Of a DNA stretch of 47,518 nt, positions 25,150-37,010 are shown piece by piece. A program made the translations under genes and the position numbers. Below the pieces are notes generated by a model. The model saw only the letters and a program-made list of their open reading frames with translations. It did not search any database and had not been told where the DNA came from. Source of the stretch: Octopus bimaculoides (Eukaryota); contig NC_068982.1 of the NCBI RefSeq assembly GCF_001194135.2, positions 101,711,839-101,759,356 on the forward strand, given 5' to 3'. Position 1 is the stretch's first letter. Each line of letters begins with the position of its first letter.

Positions 25150-26150
25150 AAGGTTTCAGTTTCTGAGGTGCGTCCAATAGTCAAAAATAGGATACGCCAG
25201 AAATGAACTTGCACACATCCAAGGCACGTGCAGCAGAACGGAGGACAAGGTGACCCACACTACACGCTTCCTAGATATATTGAAAACCAACGAGTATCCT
25301 AGATCCATTGTAAATCGGCTTGAGTACCCAAGATGACCAACACGCCGAACACATAAAAACCCAGCAACACATGCTTTCTTGAAATACCCCATTTTAACGA
25401 AGAGCCATAAGAAGAGAAGGGCTGGACATACAACTAGCCCACTCCGGCCCCTCTCTGAGAGGACAACTCGCAAAGAAACGGACAAAGGACAACAATTAAT
25501 GCACACTAACAAACTGTCCCATCCGTGATTTATGCCAACGGGTAAATATTGTATAGAGAATACAATGTAACAAATGCAAGAAGTTCTATGTGGGTAGCAC
25601 AACAAGACCGTTACACGTCCGCATCAAAGAACATCTGAACACGAGAGCCTCTTCCTTCAGAAAACATCTAGACAGATGCCGGAACACTGACAAAAGCATA
25701 ACAGTCACAATTGAGGCCAATGAAAGAAATTTTGGTAATTTAAGAATTAAGGAAGCTATACTCACTCATACACAGACTAGGACCCCAAATTAACAACAGG
25801 CTGGAGATTGGTAATCAATATATTATTTAGCCACATCTAGATGCGTGTAGGTCCATTCTTAATAACATGCTCATGTATTGTTTATAACAAAAAAAGAGGA
25901 AAAAAAGAAGGAAAAACAGGGAAGCTGCACGTATAACACATAACTTAGAAGCAGCGCTACAGATGTACCAACACACACGAGATTGAGACATAGCCGACCT
26001 CACGCATTTCTCATGAGGAAGAAGCTTCGTGAGACCACTACTGAGACGCTTCCGAAAAAGAAAAGTCGTTGGAAAACAGATTATAGCAGCGACTCCATCT
26101 AAGAATATCTGAAGAAGGAATTGTGTTCCGAAATATCATAGGACTATAGA
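25150..26150 (+). mobile_element. 5'-truncated Penelope-like element: RT C-terminal region, GIY-YIG endonuclease and terminal repeat region
   Basis: GTCSRTEDK...LDILKTNEYPRSIV, then CTLTNCPIRDLCQRVNIV*RIQCNKCKKFYVGSTTRPLHVRIKEH...NLRIKEAI. The first Tyr of the GIY motif is mutated to TAG, so the copy is inactive. Confidence 0.9.
26106..26140 (+). ncRNA. Minimal type-I hammerhead ribozyme-like motif
   Basis: UAU-CUGAAGA-A-GGAA-UUGUG-UUCC-GAAA-UA-UC-AUA: intact core, 4-bp stem II, palindromic AUAU stem III, 3-bp stem I. It lies just downstream of the PLE endonuclease. Confidence 0.55.
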
Positions 26151-26519
26151 TAACTAAATAACAACAGGTAAATAGCCCATTTTTTGTATTATAGTGCACT
26201 GTTGTACCATTTAAAACTTTTTATTCTGTACAAACAATACACAATACTTCAAGCGAATTACAATACTCTCCTATTTATATATAAAGATAAAAATTTACGT
26301 CTTTGTCTTTCACAGGACGATTCTCTTTATCTTTTTGCACATTGATTTTCTTCTTCACTGGGAGTTCATCCTTTCTGAGTATAAGTTTCATTGATTACTG
26401 ACTCACCATCTGTTTTTTTTTTAATCATTAGATAGCCTTTCTGTTAGTTTTACTTTATTATTTGAAGCCACTTTTAATATCTGGAAGGACGAATGATCTG
26501 TTCTAATTTTATTTTGATA

Positions 26520-26578
26520 TGGTGGTTGCGGCGGCGGCGTGGTGGTGGTGGTATTGGTGGTGGTGGCGGTGGTGCACG
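26520..26578. repeat. (GGT/GGC)n trinucleotide run
   Basis: Direct reading. Confidence 0.85.
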
Positions 26579-27045
26579 TTGTAATATTGCTACCGTTCAT
26601 ATTGACATGAGGCAACCGACTATCCTTCTGATGATCATTCACATGCGCAACAGCCTTCCATATCAATCTTCATTCAACTTTTCATAATTGAGGCAACATC
26701 AATATCATTTCTGGTACACCGCGCACTCTCAAAGACGATTAAGAGATTAAAAAATAGCACCTCGTCTGGAGGCAACGTTGCTTTCGATTTTTATCCTTCC
26801 GGGGTCAATATAATTATTGAAATACATGGCTAGAAACAATCGAATACACTTCCTACCTACCACCGTAATTTGGGCATTTTATGGTAATTTTATAATACTT
26901 CTGCTTGTCACTCAGTTACTTAGCCCGTCCATAATGCTTCCACGTGATTAGCTGAGAAGGAGTGGAGGGGGAAGATAGGGGGTGGGGATGAGTGAAATGT
27001 GTAATTTTTTTAACTAAGTTTTTTCTTCTTCTATTACTTAGACCG

Positions 27046-27181
27046 TTTGTAAGCCTAGTACTTATTGTAAGCCTAGTACTTATTCTATCGTCCTCTTTTG
27101 ATGAACTGCTAAGTTACGGAGACGTAAACACACCAGTATTTATTGTCAAGCGATGTTGGGGGGTGGGCAAACACAGACACA

Positions 27182-27261
<80 letters not shown>

Positions 27262-27270
27262 CACATATAC
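27046..27270 (-). mobile_element. SINE family B fragment nearly identical to the copy at 23557, with an internal ~19-bp tandem duplication and microsatellite
   Basis: ~128 bp match 23557-23685 apart from one G in a G run. Confidence 0.88.
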
Positions 27271-27796
27271 GTGATTAGCTGACGGGAAAGGCGAAAAACG
27301 AAATAAAAAGGAGAGAGAAAAAGAGAGTAAGGCGCAGAGTGAGAGAGAAAGAGGGAGAGTGTTGTGCATTAAGTCTATAAAATTGTGCATAAAGTATATA
27401 AAGTGTATATATAAAGTACATTAAGTAATCTTCGTATTCCAATTTTCTTCACTTTTCAATGAGGAGCAGATGAGTGACTATCTTTTGATACACACACAGC
27501 ACAGGCTACGCTTTCAGGCTACGCTCTCAGAAATAACCCAATAAGTTTACCGTTAATTCCGTGAAATATTCACGGGCCCTGCTTGTCGTTATTAAGTTAG
27601 TTGTTTAGTCGGTGGAATGATAGCACTGTTAGAGCGGTCCTCAGCATACTTTGCAGTCACTACCCCTTTACCCTCCACGTTCAAATTCAGCCACAGACAA
27701 CTATACTATTAATCCTTTAGAGTGAAGGGAAAGAAACGGTAGTATACTGATTTCTAAACTTCTACGATAAATTCATGAGCTGGAGTAAGGAGTTTA

Positions 27797-27956
27797 CATC
27801 GACCCCAGTGTTTTATTGGTACTTATTTTATCGACCTCGAAAGGATGAAAGACAAAGTCGACCTCGACTGAATCTGAACTCAGAATGTAAAAACGGCCGA
27901 AATGCTATCAAGCATTTTCCACGGCGTGTTAACGATTCTGCCAGCTCGTCATCTTA
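27797..27956 (-). mobile_element. SINE family A, decayed
   Basis: Reverse complement of the family A head and body (…ttaacgattctgccagctcg). Confidence 0.8.
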
Positions 27957-28115
27957 CTTATTATTAATATTGATGTTTTTTTTTCCAGTGTGAGTTTTCA
28001 CTGCATCACTATGTGACAACACTACTATGTAATACAGGGATGTAATGTATCATTATTTTGAGAATAATGAGGTGTTACAACTAATTTGTTGTATTTGTCC
28101 TCGATTTTGTTTCAG

Positions 28116-28503
28116 TGTGGAGGCACAATGGCCCAGTGGTTAGGGCAGCGGACTCGCGGTCATAGGATCGCGGTTTCGATTCCCAGACCGGGCGTTGTGA
28201 GTGTTTATTGAGCGAAAACACCTAAAGCTCCATGAGGTTCCGGCAGGGGATGGTAGCGAACCCTGCTGTACTCTTTCACCACAACTTTCTCTCACTCTTA
28301 CTTCCTGTTTCTGTTGTGCCTGTAATTCAAAGGGTCAGCCTTGTCACACTGTGTCACGCTGAATATCCCCGAGAACTAACGTTAAGGGTACACGTGTCTG
28401 TGGAGTGCTCAGCCACTTGTACATTAATTTCACGAGCAGGCTGTTTTGTTGATCGGATCAACTGGAACCCTCGACGTCGTAAGCGACGGAGTGCCGACAA
28501 AAA
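28116..28503 (+). mobile_element. Full-length SINE family C
   Basis: Roughly 90% like 13257-13612 by eye; approximate TSD tttgtttc(a/g)g at 28106 and 28504. Confidence 0.92.
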
Positions 28504-28711
28504 TTTGTTTCGGTGTTGGTCTTGTTTATTGTGAATGATTAGATTTGGGATACGAATATGGAATATTTTGATGTAATTAAGACGACATCTTGAAATTAAT
28601 TGCGTTATATCACTGAGGTTTTATTATTTACGACAGACGTAAAATCCAGAATCCCAGGGTCAGAATCCACAGAAATGGTCATGATGAATGCAAGAGCGTT
28701 TGTTGGATGAT

Positions 28712-28746
28712 TATAACTTTGGTTGCTCATGACAACCAAAGTTATA
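28712..28746. repeat. 35-bp near-perfect palindrome
   Basis: TATAACTTTGGTTG-C-TCATGA-CAACCAAAGTTATA; perfect apart from one extra C. Confidence 0.9.
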
Positions 28747-29099
28747 GTTTGAGCTACAGAAGGAAACCGAGGTGGGGAAACACCTTACATTTGGAGATAT
28801 AATTTAAGGGAACACTATACCACGTCAACGTTATCGATCTCACAGCAACCGAAATTTTTGCGACCCTACATAAATATATGCAATATCTAATGTGATAATT
28901 GTGTCTACTGAGTTGAGTTTGTTTCGAATGTTAGTTGTGAACAGTGGGATATTTGTTTCAGATGTTAAAATTGTGTCCTGTTCTGTCCAGCATCTATTTC
29001 CTTATAGCTAATTCACAAATTACTATTGTTATTGATTTTACTCTCATTTCCTATATACTGGTCATTTCATTCCTATGTTTTTCAACAATGATAGCTTTG

Positions 29100-30450
29100 C
29101 ATTTTCTTTCGAGCGATGTCTGTGTCGGAAATAATCGGGATGCCTAGAAGAGAATATGTGTTTTTTTCTTTTCTGCTTTCTTTCATGTACCAGAATATTG
29201 GAGCCATGTCATTCTTACATACTGATTTGGTGCATCATATACTACTTATTTAAGGTTTTTGTGTAGAAGTGCTTACAACGTAGTTACATATCTATTCATG
29301 TATCTATTCATGTAACGACATACCTGTTCATGTTTGTAGATATATTCAGAGTTTACAAGAAGTAGATTGTTTCTTTATGTAGATACCATATTGGTCCCTT
29401 ACTTTATTGTTGCTGTCTTGTTTTTGTTAGTCAATAACCTTGCACAAGTAAAATTAAACGTTCCGTTTCTGCCATTCGTCCGGAACTTTTACACCCTTGT
29501 GTCATTTCACATAGACACCTTTCATTTCTTTCAGCTTTGCAGGATACATATCATAGAAGGCTGATTTAAAAAAATTTTTTTTACCGTTGCGATGTCTTTA
29601 ATATTTTGGGTTGTTCTGATTTGATTCCCCCTTATTTTTTGTTGTTGCACGTTCTTTTACTTTTTTACTGCATTTTTTAACCTATAAATTTTCCTTACTC
29701 TATCTGATTACTGTAATGTTTCCTTATATCTGTAGATTCTCTTTCCATGTTACCTTATTATAACTTATCTGATTACGACTGCTCCCTACTAACTTTTTTT
29801 TCTAGACTCATTTGTTACTTGTAATCATATTCAATGTTTCACACACTCTTCGTGCGCTCCTGCTAGATATATTCTAATTCACTGAGGATAATCTGTTCAT
29901 AATGCATTGAGTATTTTCTTTAAAACACTATCCAGGTTATGCAGTTCATCTTAATTTCAGTATATTACATTCAATATGGCTCCGGTAGTAATAACCTTCC
30001 TCTGACACTGAGTTCAATTTTATTTCATTTTAGTCAAGCATTTTTGTAGCATTTTTCCCATTGTCTATTCATTTGTATAAGTCCTGTTCTGATTATCTAA
30101 ATATAGTCTGTTTTAATTAAACTGTTTATCTTTAGTAATCGCGTAAAACCGGTTGCTATAGCTTCATTAACCAAAAACTGGGTATTTTATCAATACCCCT
30201 GTTCCAATTACTAACAGTTTTGAATCTTTTTCTAAATTGCCATGTAATATTTTGAGTCATGTTTGAGGATTTATTGGATGTTATGCTCTCAGTGTGCATA
30301 TTAATTATGTTGTATTCTTCAAATATAATGGCTCTTATAACAAGTCTCTTTTGTCGGTATATCTCTCGTTTTACGAGATTTGTTGAGGGAATTTTGCTCG
30401 ACTATTTCTCTCGGGGTCTAGATTCCTTTTGCTCGTTTTCTTTTTGATCC
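29100..30450 (-). mobile_element. Heavily degraded non-LTR retrotransposon RT region, Dong/R4-like
   Basis: The minus strand near 30230-30155 reads KRFKTVSNWNRGIDKIPSFWLMKL (cf. NWKAPGxDxIxNFWxKxL of the R4/Dong clade). A-rich coding-like strand bias; many stops and frameshifts; boundaries approximate. Confidence 0.45.
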
Positions 30451-31005
30451 TGTATGGTATATTTTCTTTCGGTAGGTATTCAATGGGCTTGTATCGCATG
30501 TGACTCAATTTATTAGGAGGAAATCTAATTTCAGTTGGAATTACAATGACAACCGAGTAACTTGTTATTAACGTTTGTCTAATTCACCCAGATGGCTAGT
30601 GTTCAATTTTATTGTATTTACACACTTATTTCGAAAACCTATTTTCTAATTCAATAACATAATTAAAAGTAAATATCGCATTTCTCTATTAAAAAGGACG
30701 CACACACAAACACAGGCACACACACGTGTACATATATACATATATATTTAATACGTCATACATTTCTATAGCTCATAAATACATTAATATTTCTATGAAT
30801 ATCTGTTTGATTTTCTAGGAAGGCTTGGTTATATTAGACTCTTCGTTTGTTCGGAGCTTGTGAAGCTGTTTCTATTGATCAATGATGATTCATTTTATTA
30901 TGGACAGTTTTCCTCCTATTTTTCTCTTAAATTTTCTTCGTTACTGCTTCTGCTCGTTCTAATTTCCTGGATGTTAGTACTCCATTTGTTATTATCGGAA
31001 AACGG

Positions 31006-31235
31006 AAGGAGGTAAGTTGGTAGAATCGTTAGCACGCCAGACAACGTGCTTAGCGGAATTTCGTGCGTCTTTACGTTATGAGTTCAAATTCCGCCGAGGC
31101 TGAATTTGCCTTTCATCCTTTCAGGATTGATTAAATTATGTACCAGTCAGGTACTGGAGACGATGACACTGACTAGTCCCCGCACCACCACCACGAATAT
31201 TCAGGCTTTGTTTCTATAGTAGAAAGGATTATAGA
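31006..31235 (+). mobile_element. SINE family A
   Basis: Head aaggaggtaagttggtagaatcgttagcacgcc, gagttcaaattccgccgagg, tail ctatagtagaaaggatta. Confidence 0.85.
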
Positions 31236-32169
31236 AAAATGTTGATTACATTTTATTTATGTTGACTTTACGTTGTTCAACAACTTTATTTTGATGTAGG
31301 TATTTTTTTATGTGTTTGCCTTCTTTTTGTTTTCATATTTATACTTTACTTGTATGATCGATCATGCAGTTAAACAAGGGAACTGAAATGTAACATTTAG
31401 CAATGTCCATACAATAACATACAATCTTTTTATTGGTTTACCGTCTTGACTACATCTATAAAGTGTGTAGGCACAGATGGAAAGTGAAAACGTTTGTGTT
31501 ACTAGCGATTTGGTGTTTGCTTTCCCAAAGTATTCGTCCATATCATGTTATATACAACATCATAGTCTGACACTAATCAGAAGGTCCTTTTCAAAGCACC
31601 CTATCGATTAACAGTAGAGTGTCTCAATGTATGCTGTAGCACTCTCATTTTCTCATTTTCTTGGTTTGTTGAGGAATTTCTGTTTCCTGCTTAGCTTTTC
31701 CCTTCTCCTCAGACAATACTGCATGGGTTGCGCGTACACATTGAACATGTGCACGATAAGTATGCAGTCAGTTCTAAAATAAGTATAACATACAGTCTGG
31801 CTTTTACTACCATTCTGCTTATCACACTTCCTGATAATGATGCATTCGATATATTACAAGTACTTAGAGCTGGAGAGCCTCTAAGTCAACTACTTAATCT
31901 GTAGTAGGCGTCGCCCTGCATATGCTTTAACAGCTAAGGGCCATTGCTATTTCACTTTTCGACTCAGTTCCTTACGATGACGCCTCTCACTAAAAGTACT
32001 TAAATTCGAAACTATGTTATAATCGCCGAGAATAATCATTTTTCCTTGGTTTAGTACATAGCACCGTATATGTATATGTACTCACGTTTCATTTGCCTTT
32101 AGTACGAGAGACCATTCTTTATTTTTCATTTGAATTCTTTTTCACCTTTTGTATATTGGCAAGACCGCT

Positions 32170-32640
32170 TGAGAAAGGTAAGGCCACAGCTTATACAGCA
32201 AGTTGTGGGTTTACAGAGAGGTTGTTCTAATAAATTTCATATATTCCTCTTAAGAGCTGTCACAGCCAAAATATCAATGCATTCAACTTGAAGTGCCTGC
32301 TCAAAATGCAGCACATTGGTTGGTACGACACTGAGGTTTTCAAATCCCCGCAACCTCATAGAGTCCGACTGCACTGGACTAGTAACATTGCCAGAGAAGC
32401 TAACGATCCTCTTATGAAATATCGTTTCCACAACGAGTAGGCTATATGGAAATGTTTGATCTGTAGTCAGCGCAATGGTTACAAGGGAACTCTCAATGTC
32501 TTCCTAAAAGATTTCCGCAACAATAAAGTCATAACACCTAGTCAAACCAAGAAGAGACAAGCAAAGTTGCCAGCGTATCAGCAGTTTTATGACTATGCCT
32601 GTTTAACATTGAACAGAGTGCTTCATGCTTAAATTGAACT
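32170..32640 (+). mobile_element. RTE-type LINE 3' fragment, decayed
   Basis: NINAFNLKCLLKMQHIGWYDTEVF...RVRLHWTSNIAREANDPLMKYRFHNE*...GYKGTLNVFLKDF matches the RTE C-terminus (LNAFHLxCLRxIxxIxWxD; RLRWxGHVxRMxDxRLPK; YKDxLKxxLK). Confidence 0.75.
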
Positions 32641-32944
32641 TAGTTATTTCCAGACACACCATATCGTTCCTCAGAGTTACCAATGTGACATGTCCATCGT
32701 GCTACAGATGAACGAACTAAAAATAAGTCCCGTATATCAATTGTTTCCGGAATTTTCGGTTTACTGTTTTTGCAAATGTTAATTGGTTTACTACATTTGT
32801 TTATAACCTTATAAGTTTTACGGACCTAGACGTCAAATATTATATTTATTGTCTTCAAACGTTTATTTAGCGTGAAAGGTATTTTCTAATTCGCTAACAT
32901 AATTAAAAGTAAATATTACATTTTGTCCATTTATAATCATCTAT

Positions 32945-33075
32945 CATTTCAAAAGCATATATTTATGTATGTATGTATATATGTATGTATGTATGCATGT
33001 ATGTATGTATGTATGTATGTATGTATGTATGTATGTATGTATGTATGCTTGTATGTATGTTTGTATGTATGTATA
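32945..33075. repeat. (TATG)n microsatellite
   Basis: Direct reading. Confidence 0.95.
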
Positions 33076-34369
33076 CATACATTTATGCGTGTGTGTGTCT
33101 CTGTGTTTATGTATGTATATTCAATACAAGATGCCTTTCATTAGATCATTAATACATTAATAACTCCATTAATGTTTATATTTGAATACGTTACGTATTC
33201 TTTTTTCATTCCGAAATTGGGTTTAAGTGAAGGATATTTGTTCGCAAATGTTCGAATGTATACGACGTAGTGTTTTATAATTGCCAAGTTGAGAATCTGT
33301 GCAAATTATATTATATACAAAATATACATTCATGTGTGCTGACAAGGGAGTAGAGATAATTGTATTGTACACGATGTAGAGATAATGGTATTGAAACACA
33401 TTTACTGAATTCATTCGATCGCCACTCACACATACACGCAGTCATACTCGAGTATGTGCCTGCTGTCATTCAAATGATATCATCAAATATGGCGGAAAAT
33501 GTCTCCTTGAAAAGTCGTTAGTGAGACCAGTTTTCATGGATCAAAGCTGCTTACGTGACCGAATTTGTTGCTGTCCGCAGATTTAGTGTACATTAACAGA
33601 GTATTATAGAAGAAGCAACAAAGGATTTCTGCCTTCGGGAGCAATATTTCTGTACGCTGATAGGGACTTATCAAAGTTATGTTTTAGACCAGTGGTTCCC
33701 AACCGATTTTTCGCCATGCCCCCTTCGAATCATTACTAAAATCCTGATGCCCGCTTGTGATATTTAATTTTTGTTATTCAAAATTAGTTTAATGTTTACA
33801 ATATTACCCGGAAACAAAATTTTAAAAACATTGCGCAACGGATGTAAAAACAATGTGTAGGAAACGAATATAAAAAAAAATGCGCGGAAAGCAATGGGGG
33901 TGGGTGGACTTCAGAAAATTTTAATGAAATTTTATATAAATACCCTTCAACCAGCATAGTTAGATCATCCAAAGTCGGAGGCGCAGAAATCTGTAGTTAT
34001 GCCATTAGATCAGACACGAAGAGATTACAGTTCAAGCAAATTTTTTCAACAATTTCTTCACAAAGATTTCACCATAAGCTTTCGGAAAATATGCTCAAAA
34101 AGGAACAAAAAATATTGTGTAAATCTTCTCAGCTGCAAAAACCTTTGTATCAATGATGGAAGTTTTTTCTTACCTTTTTGCTGAATTCACAAACTGACTG
34201 GTGGGAATAAAATGACCTGTGAATTTTCATCTCTGTTCATATATATACGTGTGTGTGTGTGTATGTGTGCGTTACCAGTACCATAAATCTCTCTCTCTAT
34301 CTATCTGTCTCCCTCTCTCTCTCTCCTCTCTCTTTCCCTGTCTTCCTACCTCTTTCTCTTCCTTCAATG

Positions 34370-34605
34370 ACGCTACCCCATGCTTCCACTCCATTTCAAC
34401 CCATTTCACACCATTCAATTCTTTCATCCTTCACTCCAATGCCATTTATTGCCCTATCAACACTCTGCAGCACCACATCTTTCTTGTATACCTCGATTTT
34501 TTGTTGCCAGAGATAAGAGAGTCACTACTCTTAAACGCACCCGAACACAAGTCTGTCTCCAGTTTATTTCTCCATAGGGTATTAAGATGGCATTCCTTTC
34601 AGTAC
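34370..34605 (+). mobile_element. Possible PLE GIY-YIG C-terminal remnant
   Basis: HFNPFH...LKRTRTQVCLQFISP*GIKMAF loosely resembles HFN...RxxxEQxLIFxLxTLxPxGLNxxF. Confidence 0.3.
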
Positions 34606-34644
34606 TGACCAGTTCTATACTACATACATGCACGCACGCACACA

Positions 34645-34683
<39 letters not shown>

Positions 34684-35131
34684 ACACACACACACACATA
34701 AACATACACGTTTGTAATTACCTACAGGTTTCACATACCACTAAATATCGAAGGAAATAATCTCTTCCCTCTTTAGTGACATCAGATCTTACGAATAAGA
34801 TGTATCCAAAATTTGTTAAATTGTCCATAGGCGCAGNNNNNNNNNNNNNNNNNNNNNNNNNNNNNNNNNNNNNNNNNNNNNNNNNNNNNNNNNNNNNNNN
34901 NNNNNNNNNNNNNNNNNNNNNNNNNNNNNNNNNNNNNNNNNNNNNNNNNNNNNNNNNNNNNNNNNNNNNNNNNNNNNNNNNNNNNNNNNNNNNNNNNNNN
35001 NNNNNNNNNNNNNNNNNNNNNNNNNNNNNNNNNNNNNNNNNNNNNNNNNNNNNNNNNNNNNNNNNNNNNNNNNNNNNNNNNNNNNNNNNNNNNNNNNNNN
35101 NNNNNNNNNNNNNNNNNNNNNNNNNNNNNNN

Positions 35132-35390
35132 TATATATATGTATGTGTGTTTGTGTGTGTGTGTGTGTTTGTGTGTCTGTGTTTGTCTCCCCAACATCGC
35201 TTGACAACCGATGCTACTGTGTTTATGTCCCTGTCTCTTAGCGGTTCGGTAAGTGATACCGATAGAATAAGTACTAGGCTTACAAAGAATAAATCTTGGG
35301 GTCAATTTGCTCGACTAAAGGTGACGCTCCAGCATCGCCGCAGTCAAATGACTGAAACAAATAAAAAATAAAAGAATAAAAATGGATGTA
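35132..35390 (+). mobile_element. SINE family B 3' half (sense), nested in the hAT element
   Basis: …gatagaataagtactaggcttacaaagaata…ctccagcat…cagtcaaatgactgaaacaaataaaaaataaaagaataaaa. Confidence 0.88.
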
Positions 35391-36239
35391 AAGATTTTTT
35401 TTAATAACTCATTCTCGAATTGCTTCCTTTCTCTATTGGTACACTAAACATTGTGTACAAAGGTTATAATAATTCAGCATAACCCTACGCATGCCTCACC
35501 AAAATATTATCATGCCCTGCCAAAATATTACCATGCCCCACCTGTGGAGCATGCGCCCCACGTTGGGAATCACGGTTTTAGACGTTTAGATGTCAAGGAA
35601 TTTGGGAAGTATTTCAAGGCTAACCTCTTCCACTGGCAATAATTAGACAAAACCTCTAAACTACATAAATGATTGAGAGATGTCACTTGCTTCGTTGAGA
35701 TCAGAAACATATCAGTTAACTAGTCTGATGTTCCGTGCGCATTTAAATAAGAGTTGACCATATCAACGATGTTCCAGGCAACTGGAGGGCTTGTTAGTGC
35801 CTGTTCTCTGAATTTCCGGAAAAATTGAAATAGAGGAGTATTTCCCTGTCTTTTATTTACCTGGATGATTGAGGATGTTGAATGCGGAGTCTTTTTATGA
35901 TTGTAGGAGAACCTTCGCGATATGCAGCATGTCTTAACCCCATCTACTTTCAGGACTAAGCACAGACGTTTTCTGCTAGAAGATAGAATTTCAGCCGAAC
36001 AAAAAGAATGAGAGGAAAAAAAAATTCAGTGCAGGAATCTTACAGTATTTATCGACTCACTGTGGTAAAGATGATTTCGGTGAGAACTGAACTCGCGCGC
36101 ACAGAGTCCGGAACGATTACTGCATAGGAATTTATCAGGCATTGTAACAAATGTGTTAATCGGCCTCCATGTGTGGACGTGAAATACTCTTTCTCCGATT
36201 ATTTCAAATAAAGAAGAAAAAAGACAAGTACCACACAGG

Positions 36240-37010
36240 AAACTCTAAACTATATGCCTTACCAAAAAATAAACAAATTACTTAGTCGAGCGTATATTGA
36301 AAAGTTCTCTTTTATGAGAAAAGGTTTACTGGATTCAAAACTCAAAATATTCTTTTCCACTCCTAAAATTAAGGATTTAGTAGAAAATTTGGATCCGATA
36401 TTATCAATTTGATAAAGAATGATTTCGATATTAGATATGAAATAGATCGGAAGCGACCTCATGAGATTCATTAAACAATTCTCCGACATACATAAATTTG
36501 CAGATAAAACAAACAATGAATATAAATTAAGCACACGCTAACCTTTTAACAGATTTAACCAAATCATATAAAACCAGTTGCCTCAATAAAGATAACAGCA
36601 TAAATAAGGAAGCGAAGGAGTTTGCTTACCAACTGAAAATAGTGGATCATACAGTTGTTCTTAGCAACTGTTCACTATATATTACTCTTAATGGTAGCTT
36701 TCACTTCAATCCAAAACGTAAGTGATCAACCTTTCTAAAAGCAAATAGAAAAGAGCAAGCGCATTCCAGACATCATCAGTTCTATGGCATTGAAAATAAA
36801 ATACATTGTGCATATTGACACAACTTAGCGTCATGGAAACTTATTCTTCCAAGTCTAAGACTCCAGGTCTCCAAGTGTCTGGATTTCAGACAGAAATTTA
36901 TCGTCTCTTATCTAGATATCAGGAACACAATGAAAGCATGGAAGTCACTCTTATTTCGGAAGATTCCTGCTGGGTCATAAGTACGGTGATTCCTTGGTAG
37001 ACACCTCCAT
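36240..37010 (+). mobile_element. Degraded Penelope-like RT N-terminal region, distinct from the element at 25150
   Basis: FADKTNNEYKL, INKEAKEFAYQLKIVDH..LYITL and GIENKIHC..SVMETYSS match the ADKTxNxYK / INKEAKxIAxxLxLxDR / YITLKDHK / FDIxEFYPS series I recall from aquatic-invertebrate PLE RTs. Confidence 0.7.

Larger units (their letters stand above)
33690..35575. mobile_element. Non-autonomous hAT (Charlie-like) element, ~1.9 kb, with nested inserts
   Basis: Left TIR cagtggttcccaacc, right TIR cgttgggaatcacgg (12/15 match), exact 8-bp TSD ttttagac at 33682-33689 and 35576-35583, subterminal catgccc repeats. Confidence 0.85.

Noticed and set aside
30819-31011. 64-codon open segment between an acceptor and GAG|gtaagt
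   Set aside because: The donor is a mutated SINE A head, and the peptide reflects T-rich composition (Leu/Phe/Ser).
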